Shown here piece by piece: positions 53,379 through 63,707 of a DNA stretch of 64,000 nucleotides. The notes beneath the pieces are model-generated. The model ran no database searches. It worked only from the letters and a program-made list of their open reading frames with translations, and had not been told where the DNA came from. A program made the position numbers and the translations under genes. Position 1 is the first letter of the stretch. Every line of letters begins with the position of its first letter. The DNA comes from a virus. Taxonomy: Duplodnaviria > Caudoviricetes. Location of the stretch: the IMG/VR virus record IMGVR_UViG_3300021431_000081, positions 91,846 to 155,845 of that record. One strand, written 5' to 3'.

Positions 53379-53912
53379 ATGAGTGATGTAAGGCTTAAAC
53401 TTGCCCCTCCCTGGATCACATATCTGAATGAGATTCAGGCACTGTTTGATGGTGATCCTCAGATCGCATGTAACATTGATTGGAAGAAACCTTCCATTGT
53501 TCTGGCGGTTAGCAATGGTGACAAGGCTGCTGCGATAGCAAAATTACTCCCGGCTGAAAAGACATGGGGAAATATTACTATGACCATTGATGTAGATGGT
53601 CCTATGAGTAATCGAGCGTTTACTTCTAGTAAGGAATTGTATGAGACAGCATTCAGCGGTAATCCTGCATTTGCTTATTGCGTGGCACCTGCGGAAGAGG
53701 GTTATTTCTTTGTTGACTTCGTGTATGTGGTATTTAAGAACTGTGTTGTTCAGTTCTTCAATGATAACCTTAATGACGCACATGGACTGGTAAGTACACT
53801 TTATCAGTATATTGCGGATGATGTCTTTGAGGGATGTACTCCTGTAGGTGTACATTATTGCACTGATGTGGAGCGTGGTAAACTAGGTAAACCGCTTGGA
53901 GAATGGCCTTAA
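53379..53912 (+). CDS. Hypothetical protein
   Basis: AAAGGAG RBS; 177 aa. Confidence 0.8.
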   Translation: MSDVRLKLAPPWITYLNEIQALFDGDPQIACNIDWKKPSIVLAVSNGDKAAAIAKLLPAEKTWGNITMTIDVDGPMSNRAFTSSKELYETAFSGNPAFAYCVAPAEEGYFFVDFVYVVFKNCVVQFFNDNLNDAHGLVSTLYQYIADDVFEGCTPVGVHYCTDVERGKLGKPLGEWP

Positions 53913-54183
53913 TGTTAACGATCCTTAAGTGGTTTACAACATAAACAACTAAATAAAACTATCAAGTAGTGAGTATAGAGCCTTATTTATAATGCTGTGT
54001 AGCGCTAAACAGACAGTATCAGGTCAGCAGCGCATGACCGACCAAAAAAAAATACTGTAAAAGTTGTAAATAAGAAAAAGCAATGCATTTACAAGTTGAG
54101 AAAAAGTCTCGTAGGTACGTAATGCGCAAACTAATCCTGCCATTGCTCCCATAGGTGAAAGTCCTATGGCTTGATAGTGATCC

Positions 54184-54315
54184 GGGGAGATAGCTCAGGT
54201 GGTAGAGCATAAGAGAAAAACAGAACTGTTATAATTATTCTCAGTAATGAAGCGGATTAACAGTTACTTCATATAGGCAAGCTTAATGTCGATGGTTCGA
54301 TTCCATCTCTCCCCA
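54184..54315 (+). ncRNA. Circularly permuted Y-RNA-like module 5 inside a tRNA body
   Basis: Acceptor GGGGAGA/TCTCCCC + A with D and T arms; anticodon arm replaced by AACTGTTA-ta-ATTATTC-TCA-gtaa-TGA-AGCGG-at-TAACAGTT-ACTTC. Confidence 0.88.
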
Positions 54316-54398
54316 TTTTCCATTTTCAATAATACTCATTTATATTCAGGGGTTGGATAATTTAACCATTATCCAACCTTTCTTAAAAAGGAGGGAAT

Positions 54399-55415
54399 AT
54401 GAGTAAAGAAATAAATCTAATTTCCATAATCATTCCTATGCATAATTCAGAAAAAACAATAGGCCGTACATTAGCTTCACTGATAAGCAGTAAAGATTAT
54501 ATTAAAGAAATAATTATTGTGAACGACAGATGTGAGGATAACACTTTACAGCAGATTGAACCTTATAAATCATTCTTCGACACAATTAAGATCATAGATA
54601 ATACTGGTAATCCAGGACCTGGTCCTGCCAGACAATGTGGACTGGATATTGCTGAAGGAAAGTATGTTACATTTATTGATTCTGATGATTGTCTGACTCC
54701 AAGTAGTTTGAAATATGTATATGAGTATTTAAAAGAGAATCCCACTATACTTTGTACGCAGACTATATATTATGAGTTTGGCAGCTTTGAGAAAAAGGAC
54801 ATTCGCTGCGATGATGAATCCTGTGGCGGTAATTTTTACTTAAAACATTATCTGGATATACATAAGATCAGATTTCATGATGATCTGTATATGTCCGAAG
54901 ATGAATACTTCAACAAAAAGGTGTTTATGTTTGCATATACCATTGATCTTATGAAACCGAAAGTGGTTCATTTTGAGTATCCGGTTTATGAAGTACATCA
55001 TGATGATGGAAACACTTCATTCGCTTTAAGTAATTGGAAAGATTATGCATGTAAGTATCATTTGTTGATGTTTGAATATCTGGTTAATGATTTATATGGT
55101 TATCCTAAAGCACAGGATGAGTTAAAAGAAATATATATCAAAGGATTCATTTTTGCTTATTTCATGATGAGAGGAATAATGCAGGATGATAAAAAAATAA
55201 AAGAAAAAGAATTTGATGAGCAGTTTATAAGAGCCATGGATTACTTTGAGTTGAAATTTATGACAACAGGAGAAGATATGGTTGATTATTACAGGGATAA
55301 TTGGGAAGCAGTTAATGGGATACAGATTGGAGTAAACAGTTCTATTGGTTTTAAGGTGAAGTATAAAGTCACTTTAAATGATTTTGAAGATTATGTAAAT
55401 ACATTAAGGGAGTAA
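54399..55415 (+). CDS. Glycosyltransferase family 2
   Basis: ISIIIPMHN, EIIIVND, GPGPARQCG, FIDSDD and SEDEYF motifs. Confidence 0.92.
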   Translation: MSKEINLISIIIPMHNSEKTIGRTLASLISSKDYIKEIIIVNDRCEDNTLQQIEPYKSFFDTIKIIDNTGNPGPGPARQCGLDIAEGKYVTFIDSDDCLTPSSLKYVYEYLKENPTILCTQTIYYEFGSFEKKDIRCDDESCGGNFYLKHYLDIHKIRFHDDLYMSEDEYFNKKVFMFAYTIDLMKPKVVHFEYPVYEVHHDDGNTSFALSNWKDYACKYHLLMFEYLVNDLYGYPKAQDELKEIYIKGFIFAYFMMRGIMQDDKKIKEKEFDEQFIRAMDYFELKFMTTGEDMVDYYRDNWEAVNGIQIGVNSSIGFKVKYKVTLNDFEDYVNTLRE

Positions 55416-55421
55416 AGGCTT

Positions 55422-55601
55422 ATGATTTGGTTAATGTTACTTTTGGGTATAGTACTAACGTTTTTAATGATTTGTGGATTAACTTGGGTTATTTGTTGGG
55501 CGTTTGGTTTTGTATTCAGTTGGAAAATTGTTATTGGCATTTGGGCAATTTGTATTTTAATTGGACAGTTTACTGGACATGGTTCAGGAAATAATCATTG
55601 A
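55422..55601 (+). CDS. Small membrane protein (59 aa)
   Basis: Almost entirely hydrophobic ORF; below the track cutoff. Confidence 0.6.
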   Translation: MIWLMLLLGIVLTFLMICGLTWVICWAFGFVFSWKIVIGIWAICILIGQFTGHGSGNNH

Positions 55602-55928
55602 GGGTGAGTATATGAGCGTAATCATAGATATGGATATGCCTGATAAGTGTAGTGATTGTGAATTTTCTTGGTATGACATTGACCGGGGTGAATATTATTG
55701 TCAGATAATTAAAAACTATATTGATGAAAAAGACGTAAAAAGTATTCCTGATTACTGTTCGTTAAAAGAATTAGTTACTTGTAAAGACTGTAAACACTGG
55801 CATAGAGAAATGTCAGCAGATGGACAAATAGAATACATTAATTACAGTGGATGTGAGTTAGGTTATCCAGGTGATGGTCATGGTTGGTTCTGTCCATCTG
55901 GACAACGAAGAAAATCTATGTGACTAAT

Positions 55929-55992
55929 GGTGGTGTCTGGTTCTCTGCGATGAGCAGGACTTAATTCTTCCGTTCGATTCGGGAGAGCCACC
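55929..55992 (+). ncRNA. D-armless tRNA-like element
   Basis: GGTGGT/GCCACC closing stem, internal hairpin CTGC-gatga-GCAG, T-like arm TTCCG-TTCGATT-CGGGA. Confidence 0.45.
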
Positions 55993-58172
55993 TTTAGTAA
56001 TCATTTTTTAAGGAGAAAACGAAATGACTTACGAAGAAAAAAGGGAACTGCGATTACAGATTAGTCAGCTGATTGCTGATATGGAGTGATAATAATGGGA
56101 AAGATAACCAGAAGAACTGAAATTCATGTGAATAGAATATTACAAGAACTGAATGTTTTGCATGATATCCTCGTTCAAACGTATGATGATTTTGATCTTG
56201 ATTGGCATCTGTTACAGGTTGAAAATGCTAAAAGTTGTTTGATGAATATATTAGGAAGTGGAGATTATAGTGAAAACAGTTAAATTAAATATTTGTCCGT
56301 TTCGTACATACACAGGAACAAAACCAGCAATAATGAGAGGTCAGGGCGATATTATTGTCACTGGATTTATGGAATGTCTTGAGCATAAATGTCCAGCACC
56401 AGAAGTTTATCGGGAATAAGGTGAACAGGAATGAAAATAGTAGGCAGATACGTTTGTCAAGTTGAGATAGATTTAAGCATAGACGAAAACACAGAGGGAT
56501 TGTTGCCGTTTGAAGTAATCTACGAGAAGTTTACTGGAGATGTATTAACCGATACAGTGAGGGAGATTATTAGCGATGAACTTATTGAAGGAGACGAAGG
56601 GACGGTAACTGTCACAAAGATGTATGGTGATGTGTATAAAGCTGAGTGTTTGGCTGAGATAGATGCCGCTCCCACCATTGAGCCAGAGCGGAAGAATGGG
56701 AAGTGGGAAATAACTAATTTGGGAGCAGTTGGGGTATTTGATAGTTGTAGCGAGTGTAAGAGAGTGGTTAAGCATAAAGCACCATTTTACAATTACTGTC
56801 CGAACTGCGGAGCGTATATGAGAGGATGAAATATGAACATATTGATAAAAGGCATGGAGATTCCGAAAAAATGTCTATGGTGTCCACTTCAGTATATTGG
56901 CTTCTGCCAAGTTACAAAAACAGATGTAAATTCTGATTTGGGCAAAAGAGCAGATGATTGTCCATTGGTCGAACTGCCTGAGAAGCATGGACGGCTGATT
57001 GATGCTGATGCGCTGAAAGAAAAAGCATGGGATGCTGACACTCGTTGCGGTTATGTCCAAGTTGTTGACGTTGGAGATATCGATGACGCTCCCACCATAG
57101 AATCAGAACGGAAGAAGGGGAAGTGGATCAGATGTGACACGGATGAGTTCAGAAATATGTGTAAGTGTTCAGAGTGTGGGGCAAGGATAGATATTCAGGA
57201 GGAGTTCAGAAGTTTTTTCTGTTATCACTGCGGTGCGGATATGAGAGGTAAAGCGGAGGAATGATTGACATAATAAAGTTTTATGTAAGGTTTAAAAAAT
57301 GCCCATTTTGTAAACATTACATTCCAAGAACTAGCAAAAGATACTGTTACTGGTGTGGTCAAAAGATAGGAGAGGCGAAGAAATGACAAAAGAAAATGAA
57401 GTAATTGATATAGCAATTGGAGCAATTGTCGCACAGCTAGGGCGTCCGAAGGGCAAATGGGAACGGACAAATTTCTATAACGATACACCTGTTTGTTCTG
57501 AATGCCATTTGGAAGGGCGTTGGGACTGGGATTTTTGTCCAAACTGTGGTGCGTATATGAGAGGAGGACAGGGTGAGACTGAATGAAGCGATTATCCACT
57601 GCGAAGAAGTTGCAGACAGATGCGCTGTAACTGACGGAAATGCTAAATGTGAAATGGAGCATAGACAACTCGCTGAATGGCTCAAAGAGCTACAACAGCG
57701 GAGGAAAGAATCCGAATGGATTCCATGTAACAAGATGATGCCAAAAGAGCAGGAATGGGTTGGAACCAAAAAATTCGGTACGACAATATCTGATGAGGTT
57801 TACGTGACGTTTGAAACCCCTGACGGGCAACGATTCGCAGATCACACTAGCTTTCAGAACGGGAATCTGAGTCCTATGGATAAAAAACTCATGGACATAA
57901 TATACAAAGGGGCGAAGCCCATCGCATGGATGCCACTACCAGAACCATATCAGGGGGACAAATGATTTACTTAATGGCAGTTATATTCGTCGGTTGGATA
58001 ATCGGGGTTATCTCAATCGTGATGGAGTGGCGAAAGGATTGCAAAGAGTACGGCAAAGAGTGGCTTGCTGTTTCATTGTGGGAACGGTTACTGGCATTTG
58101 CCATTTGTTTTGTTATTCCTTTTATTGTAGGATTACTGGTCGGAATGTTGCAAATGAAATGAGGACTGAAAA

Positions 58173-58370
58173 ATGAGAGAACTGAAACTTTGCCCGTTCT
58201 GCGGAGCGACTGCGCATGTATGGGAGGATGGAAGATTGACTGGCAAGCCGCACGATTTTCCGAAGTTTTACATATCATGTAACGGGTGTGGAATACGGAC
58301 ACCCGTTGGGAAACTTGAACAGGTTGTTCGAATGTGGAATATGAGGGTGGGGGAGATCAAAAATGAATAA
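58173..58370 (+). CDS. Lar-family restriction-alleviation-like Zn ribbon
   Basis: ELKLCPFCG...ISCNGCG...WN.R pattern. Confidence 0.7.
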   Translation: MRELKLCPFCGATAHVWEDGRLTGKPHDFPKFYISCNGCGIRTPVGKLEQVVRMWNMRVGEIKNE

Positions 58371-58804
58371 ACTAATTCTGGTGACACGAAAAATTGATGG
58401 CAAAAAGATGTATGTCAATACTGCAAACGTATGTGTGGTTTGTCCTCATTCTTTGGATGAGACAACTACTATCATACAGTTTTCTGGCTCTGATGAGAAT
58501 TATATAGAAGTACTTGAAAGTTCTGACACTGTTGCGAACATGATGGAGGGCTAAGAATGAATGAAGAGCGCTTTAAACGAGAAGTAGAAGCTGTTAAAAG
58601 CCTTGGCGATCAAATTGGGTATGGTAACATGATGACGATTGCATCTGCATTGTGGGCGAAGATGCTCATTGATGAGGGTGGGACGGATAGCGGAGTATTT
58701 TATCCAACACTATTATTCAATATGAAGTCAGGAGATCTGACGGAATGTAGTATCAGCGAAAGAGCAGGACTTATAAATCTATTAAAAAAATGGGAGAGTG
58801 AAGA

Positions 58805-59062
58805 ATGAAAAAATGGATAGCGATTTTGCTTATTACATTATTGTTGGCAGGATGCGGAAAAACGAAGATTATGGAATCAGAACCTGTGGATGTGAGCCGT
58901 TTTAAGCTGATTGAAAGTACAAATGTCTGGTGGGTTTATGCGGATAAAGAAACGAACGTAATGTATGCGGTTTCAAGAGGCACATATAATATGGGAAATT
59001 TCACGTTATTAGTGGATGCTGATGGAAAGCCATTGATTTACAACGAGGAAAATAAAAAATGA
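58805..59062 (+). CDS. Lipoprotein (DUF6440-like)
   Basis: LLAG-C lipobox; DKETNVMY...LLVDADGKP. Confidence 0.75.
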   Translation: MKKWIAILLITLLLAGCGKTKIMESEPVDVSRFKLIESTNVWWVYADKETNVMYAVSRGTYNMGNFTLLVDADGKPLIYNEENKK

Positions 59063-59374
59063 CAAAAGTAGAAGCAATTAAACGTATTGAAGAATTTGGA
59101 TTGCATCATGCTATTGACGATCTACCTCATTCAGCAAAAACTGTTGAGGCTTTTTCAATGGCAATTGCTGCGTTGACTCAGCCTGAGAGACAAACAGGAA
59201 CTGAGAGACAAACAGGAAAATGGTTTAAAAAATATAATCCGAATTATTCTCCATTTGATTATAGTAGTGAATATATTTATACATGTTCTGAGTGTGGTTT
59301 TGATACTACGGGGGAATATAACTATTGCCCTAAATGTGGTGCTAAGAATAAAATTGATCAAGAGGATATCCAAG

Positions 59375-59656
59375 ATGAATGAATATATTAATAAAGTGGA
59401 CGCTATTTTAGCAATTGGCGAAGAAGAACCACTAGTATGGAACGAAGACGATGAATACGAACAAGGTAGACATAATTAATGGGAAAATGATAAAACAATT
59501 ATTGAAAGTATGAAACCCATAAACAAATTAAACCCTGCATTGATTGATGCCCTAAGATATATAGACGGTTGTAACGAAGATATGTGGCAAGAATTCGTAA
59601 CCTGTATGAATCACAGAGGTTGGGATCTTAAGTGGATTGGTAATAGATGGAGTTAA
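59375..59656 (+). pseudogene. 93-codon ORF with one internal TAA (59477-59479)
   Basis: GAGGA RBS; the same frame stays open for 58 codons after the stop, up to the next gene. Confidence 0.55.
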
Positions 59657-61372
59657 TTATATGATCTTGTGTTTTGAATTATCTATGCCTAATCGTGGCA
59701 GTTGGAATAATAAGTGGAGTCAGGAAACTGATGTACACATTATTACAAAGACAGATAGACAAATTGGAAAGAAGCGTATACAGGAACTGGATGGCAGATC
59801 ATTTTATCATCGTTGGGATGATGGATGGACCGCCTGTGTATCATGTAGAGTGATTGATGCTAAAGAAGCTGCAAAGTTAAGAAAAAAGAATAAAGGATTT
59901 TGCGGTTATGACTGGATGGTTAGAAGTATTATTGCCTTTGATGAGATTGAATATATGAGGTGAACGAGATGAGCGTGATTGGTATGGATGTACTGAATAG
60001 CATCAAGTTCCACTCATTACCCTACACGCACATAGTACCAAACGATGTGAATGCTGAATCTTATGAGCGTGGGTGGAATGATGCAGTTGATGCAATCATT
60101 GAAGAAATTGAATTCAAAACATGGATCAGAGACGAAAAGCGTTTTGGTGATAATGAGATACGCTGTTCCAAATGTGGTGCAATTCTTACAGAAGAAGAAT
60201 ATAAGTGGAAAAATAATTATTACTGTTATCATTGTGGATCACCTATGATGATAAATAGATGGAAAGGATTATATGAATGCGTTAACAAGACTGGATCTGG
60301 CACAGATGTTTTATGAAGTAAGCCAGTGTTTAAGATATACTGATCAGATGATAAAACTTCCTGATTGTAATACTTGTAAGAAAGGTAATTGTGAATATAG
60401 ACCTGGATGGGGAGAGCCTGTAAGAGTTAATTGTTTTATGTGGGAGGGTGATACAGATGAGTGATATAAGATTCTATATTCCAGAGAGCGAGACTGTACC
60501 GACTTTGTTAAGGCTGTATGTCGGTGAGGTATATGTGACATATGAGCGAATACCTAGTGGCTTTGATTTTCATGTTCTAACTCTTGATGAAAAGAAGGCA
60601 TTGGAAGTTGTGAAAGAGATTGTACAGCAGATTAAATGGGATCATGATGAACCTTCCCATGGGATCTCGTGGAGAACCATCTCACTGGAAGTAGTACCGC
60701 AGGATGAGAGGTATAAAATTGATACGTTAGTTGAGTGGAAGTATAGAGTGAGAGATTCTTATTAAGAAAGGAAGATATTATGGCACAGTATATAATTGAT
60801 GTAAATGAAAAGAACATTAGTGAAACTGGTGAGTTACTGCTATATGGAGAAATGCAAGGTAGTGGAACACAGGTATTCCATACTGGTTTGTTTGTAGATC
60901 CTTTGAATGAAGAGTTAAAAAATGCAGAAAATAAAGGTATTTCCAAAGCATGGAGATTAGCAGGAAAGATTATGACCGATGATGAAGAAAATGGTATGAC
61001 CGATGATGAAAAATACGCTTTTTTTGATGTCAAAAATAATTATCAAATCTTTGAAAGGCCATATGACACAATTGCAAAAGGATATGCTACGTGGTTAAGA
61101 AGCAAAGAAGCAAAAGATAATTCAATTCATGTTGGTGATGAAGTTAAATTCATTGATGATGGTACAATTGGAATTATTATTAATGCTTCTGATAATGAAA
61201 CTCCTTTTATTCTATTTGCAGATGGCAGCTGTGGTGAGTATTCTACAAAGAATTTTATTCTAACTGGTAATTACTATGATGAAGCAGTTTCATTGCTTGA
61301 TACCTTCAAAAAGAAGTAATGAAGTGTATAGAGTTATGTGATTTTGTTTAATATTAGATAAATTAAAGCATG

Positions 61373-61401
61373 TTGCATTTACAATCTATTTATGATATAA
61401 T
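61373..61401 (+). promoter_or_regulatory. SigA-type promoter of the replication operon
   Basis: TTGCAT-17 bp-TATAAT with extended -10 TG. Confidence 0.75.
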
Positions 61402-61451
61402 CTATGTAAATAAAAACAGTGATGAATATTAGAAAGGAGTAAATATGAATA

Positions 61452-61658
61452 ATGCAAGAGATTCAAATAAAAACATGTAGATCATGTAATTGTAGTGTAA
61501 AATTGTTTCCAAAGAGAATAATCTGGGATGAAAAAGGTTACGGTTATTCTACCAAATTATTCAAATGTCCATTTTGTAATCAATTAAATATAATTAAATA
61601 TTACGAGGATCCCTCCCTCGATTTGAATAGAGATACACGTTGGTATAAGCATAATTAA
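61452..61658 (+). CDS. Small Zn-finger protein
   Basis: CRSC...CPFC. Confidence 0.7.
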   Translation: MQEIQIKTCRSCNCSVKLFPKRIIWDEKGYGYSTKLFKCPFCNQLNIIKYYEDPSLDLNRDTRWYKHN

Positions 61659-61688
61659 AATAATTAAATAAAGAGGTAAAAAAGAATT

Positions 61689-62582
61689 ATGAAAGAAACA
61701 AATTTAAGACAGGCTGATGCAAATGTAACTGTAGAAGGACTTGTATCTGAAATTGCATTGGAAGAAAAAAGGGGTGATAAGGGTAATACCATTTCAGGCA
61801 CAATTACCATTAAAACTTCAGATGTTAATTTTGTTCGCTTATCTGTAATGTCCAATGAGTATAAAACAAATGGTGATCCCAATACTGTATATCCCGGAAT
61901 TAAAACCGTGATGGAGGAATATAAGAGCATCAACAAAGATGGCGAAGAAGAAGCTGATTATGTTAATGTAAGAGGTCAACTTAATATGTATCATAATTAT
62001 CAGCGTGGGACTGATGATATGGGATACAGAGGAAGCTATTTTAATCGTAGACCTAGAATTGAAGAATACGATGAAGAAACTGGAACAGGTCCCCGAGCAA
62101 CATTTGAAGTGGAAGTATTTATTTTGACAATTAATCCTGAGATGAATCATGATGGAGAAGAAACTGGTAGACTGTTGATCAAAGGATGGGTCCCTACTTA
62201 TAATGGTATTGAACCTATCACTTTGGTAGCACCTGAAGATATTGCCAGTGATATTGACAGCATTCTTTCACCTGGTCAGACAGTAAAATTCTACGGAGAT
62301 CTGATCAATAATAGAATTGAAACAAAGGTCGAGATTCCTGTAGTTATTGGTAAACCTAAGATTGAACGTAAGGTAAGCTATAAGAATGAACTGGTTATTA
62401 CTGGTGCTAGTGAACCGTATGAAGAAGGTGGATCAGTAGAACCTTATAAGCCTGAAGTAATTAAGGCAGCTATTCAGGAACGTGAGAACGAAATTGAAAG
62501 TAAAAAGAACGAAAATGCTGCTAAGAGAGGAAATACAAAACCTTCTGGCGCTGCAAGAGGTAGAACACTGCCGAATTTTTAA
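61689..62582 (+). CDS. Putative ssDNA-binding protein (two OB-like halves; SPbeta YorF-like)
   Basis: Beta-rich; flexible tail ending LPNF; directly upstream of the AAA ATPase. Confidence 0.65.
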   Translation: MKETNLRQADANVTVEGLVSEIALEEKRGDKGNTISGTITIKTSDVNFVRLSVMSNEYKTNGDPNTVYPGIKTVMEEYKSINKDGEEEADYVNVRGQLNMYHNYQRGTDDMGYRGSYFNRRPRIEEYDEETGTGPRATFEVEVFILTINPEMNHDGEETGRLLIKGWVPTYNGIEPITLVAPEDIASDIDSILSPGQTVKFYGDLINNRIETKVEIPVVIGKPKIERKVSYKNELVITGASEPYEEGGSVEPYKPEVIKAAIQERENEIESKKNENAAKRGNTKPSGAARGRTLPNF

Positions 62583-62606
62583 TGAATAATAAATAAATTA
62601 AAAGGA

Positions 62607-63677
62607 ATGGTAAAAGATATGGCTAAAGAAAAATCAGTAGATGTTGAAGAAGTAATAAAAGAAGAAGAAAAAAAGAAAAAATCGAATTTTTCAGTAGATG
62701 ATATCCTGAATACCAATGTATCCAGAGTTACTAAATCATTGGATTCATTGATCGTTCTCTTATATGGTATGGGTGGCACAGGTAAGACTCCAGTTGCTGC
62801 AAGCATGCCAGACCCTTTGTACTTAGCTTTTGGTAAGAGTGGATTATCTGGGTTAAACGATGTTCCTTTTATTTCTATTCGATCTTGGGCAGATTTCAAA
62901 AAATTCGTAAAGACTTTTACAGATCCTAAGAATTATGAGATTCTGCACAGTAAGTATCAAACAATTATCTTAGACGAATTGGAAGTGCTTTACTCTTACT
63001 GCGAAAAATATGTAGCAAACAGTGAGGGTGTAAACAAAATTAAGGAAGGTAATGGCGGGTTCGGCTTGTGGAAAGATTTGGGCGATGAATGGAAAGACGA
63101 AATCCTTAAAGTGATTGGCAGCGGTTTCTGTGTAGTGTTCATTCTTCATGCGATTTTAGAGGATGATGGATACTTTTTCCCTGTTGGTGATAAGAAGCGT
63201 ATGCTTCCTATTCTACTTAATCACAGTGATGTAATTGGTTATGTAAAAGGTAATGGTGTTGATCCTGATACTGGAAAGTCAATTCATTCGTCTCTTATGG
63301 TGGCAGGTACAGATGAATATTTTGCAAGAACAAGGAATGAATACTTTGATCCCGTAATTGAGGATTTTACAGCAGAAAATCTTATCCAAGCTTACTATGA
63401 TGCGATTGATCGTCAGGAGAAAGCCGAAGGTGTTAAAGCTGTATCTAAAGAAGAACGAGATGCAATGTTTAATGTTGAGAAACGAGATTTTGATGAACTT
63501 ATGAACGAAGTTCAAGAAACAGGCGCTGCCATTGTTGAAAAATATGGTTCTAAAGAAAAAGTGACTGAGGTTGTTGAGTCTGTTCTTGGTAAAGGTTCAT
63601 TAGTTTCTAATTGTACTCCTAAACAGCAAGAAGCTGTGGAAGTAATTCTTAATGAATTAAGGGGGTTACTTCAGTAA
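62607..63677 (+). CDS. AAA_24 / Sak4-like NTP-binding protein (YorG-like)
   Basis: Walker A GMGGTGKT; Walker B TIILDE; FILH motif. Confidence 0.85.
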   Translation: MVKDMAKEKSVDVEEVIKEEEKKKKSNFSVDDILNTNVSRVTKSLDSLIVLLYGMGGTGKTPVAASMPDPLYLAFGKSGLSGLNDVPFISIRSWADFKKFVKTFTDPKNYEILHSKYQTIILDELEVLYSYCEKYVANSEGVNKIKEGNGGFGLWKDLGDEWKDEILKVIGSGFCVVFILHAILEDDGYFFPVGDKKRMLPILLNHSDVIGYVKGNGVDPDTGKSIHSSLMVAGTDEYFARTRNEYFDPVIEDFTAENLIQAYYDAIDRQEKAEGVKAVSKEERDAMFNVEKRDFDELMNEVQETGAAIVEKYGSKEKVTEVVESVLGKGSLVSNCTPKQQEAVEVILNELRGLLQ

Positions 63678-63707
63678 AAACCTTGAATTATATGAGGATA
63701 AATCCTA

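Larger units (their letters stand above)
55561..61319 (+). other. Array of small accessory genes, many with Zn ribbons: 55561-55923, 56086-56283, 56270-56419, 56431-56829, 56833-57264, 57353-57586, 57573-57965, 57926-58162, 58363-58554, 58557-58808, 59059-59382, 59661-59963, 59960-60316, 60273-60464, 60448-60765, 60780-61319
   Basis: Tandem overlapping ORFs with recurrent GKW..CSEC..YCPNCGA modules; 57573 ends in a DUF551-like AWMPLPEPY motif. Confidence 0.75.

Noticed and set aside
48295-54315. CRISPR array interpretation of the repeated motifs
   Set aside because: The repeats are bipartite, covarying and irregularly spaced; there are no identical direct repeats and no cas genes
1444-63515. 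Numerous antisense or nested track ORFs (e.g. 1444-1689, 7061-7414, 9513-9965, 30976-31491, 51224-51676)
   Set aside because: They are shadows of longer genes on the coding strand and lack RBSs and plausible composition
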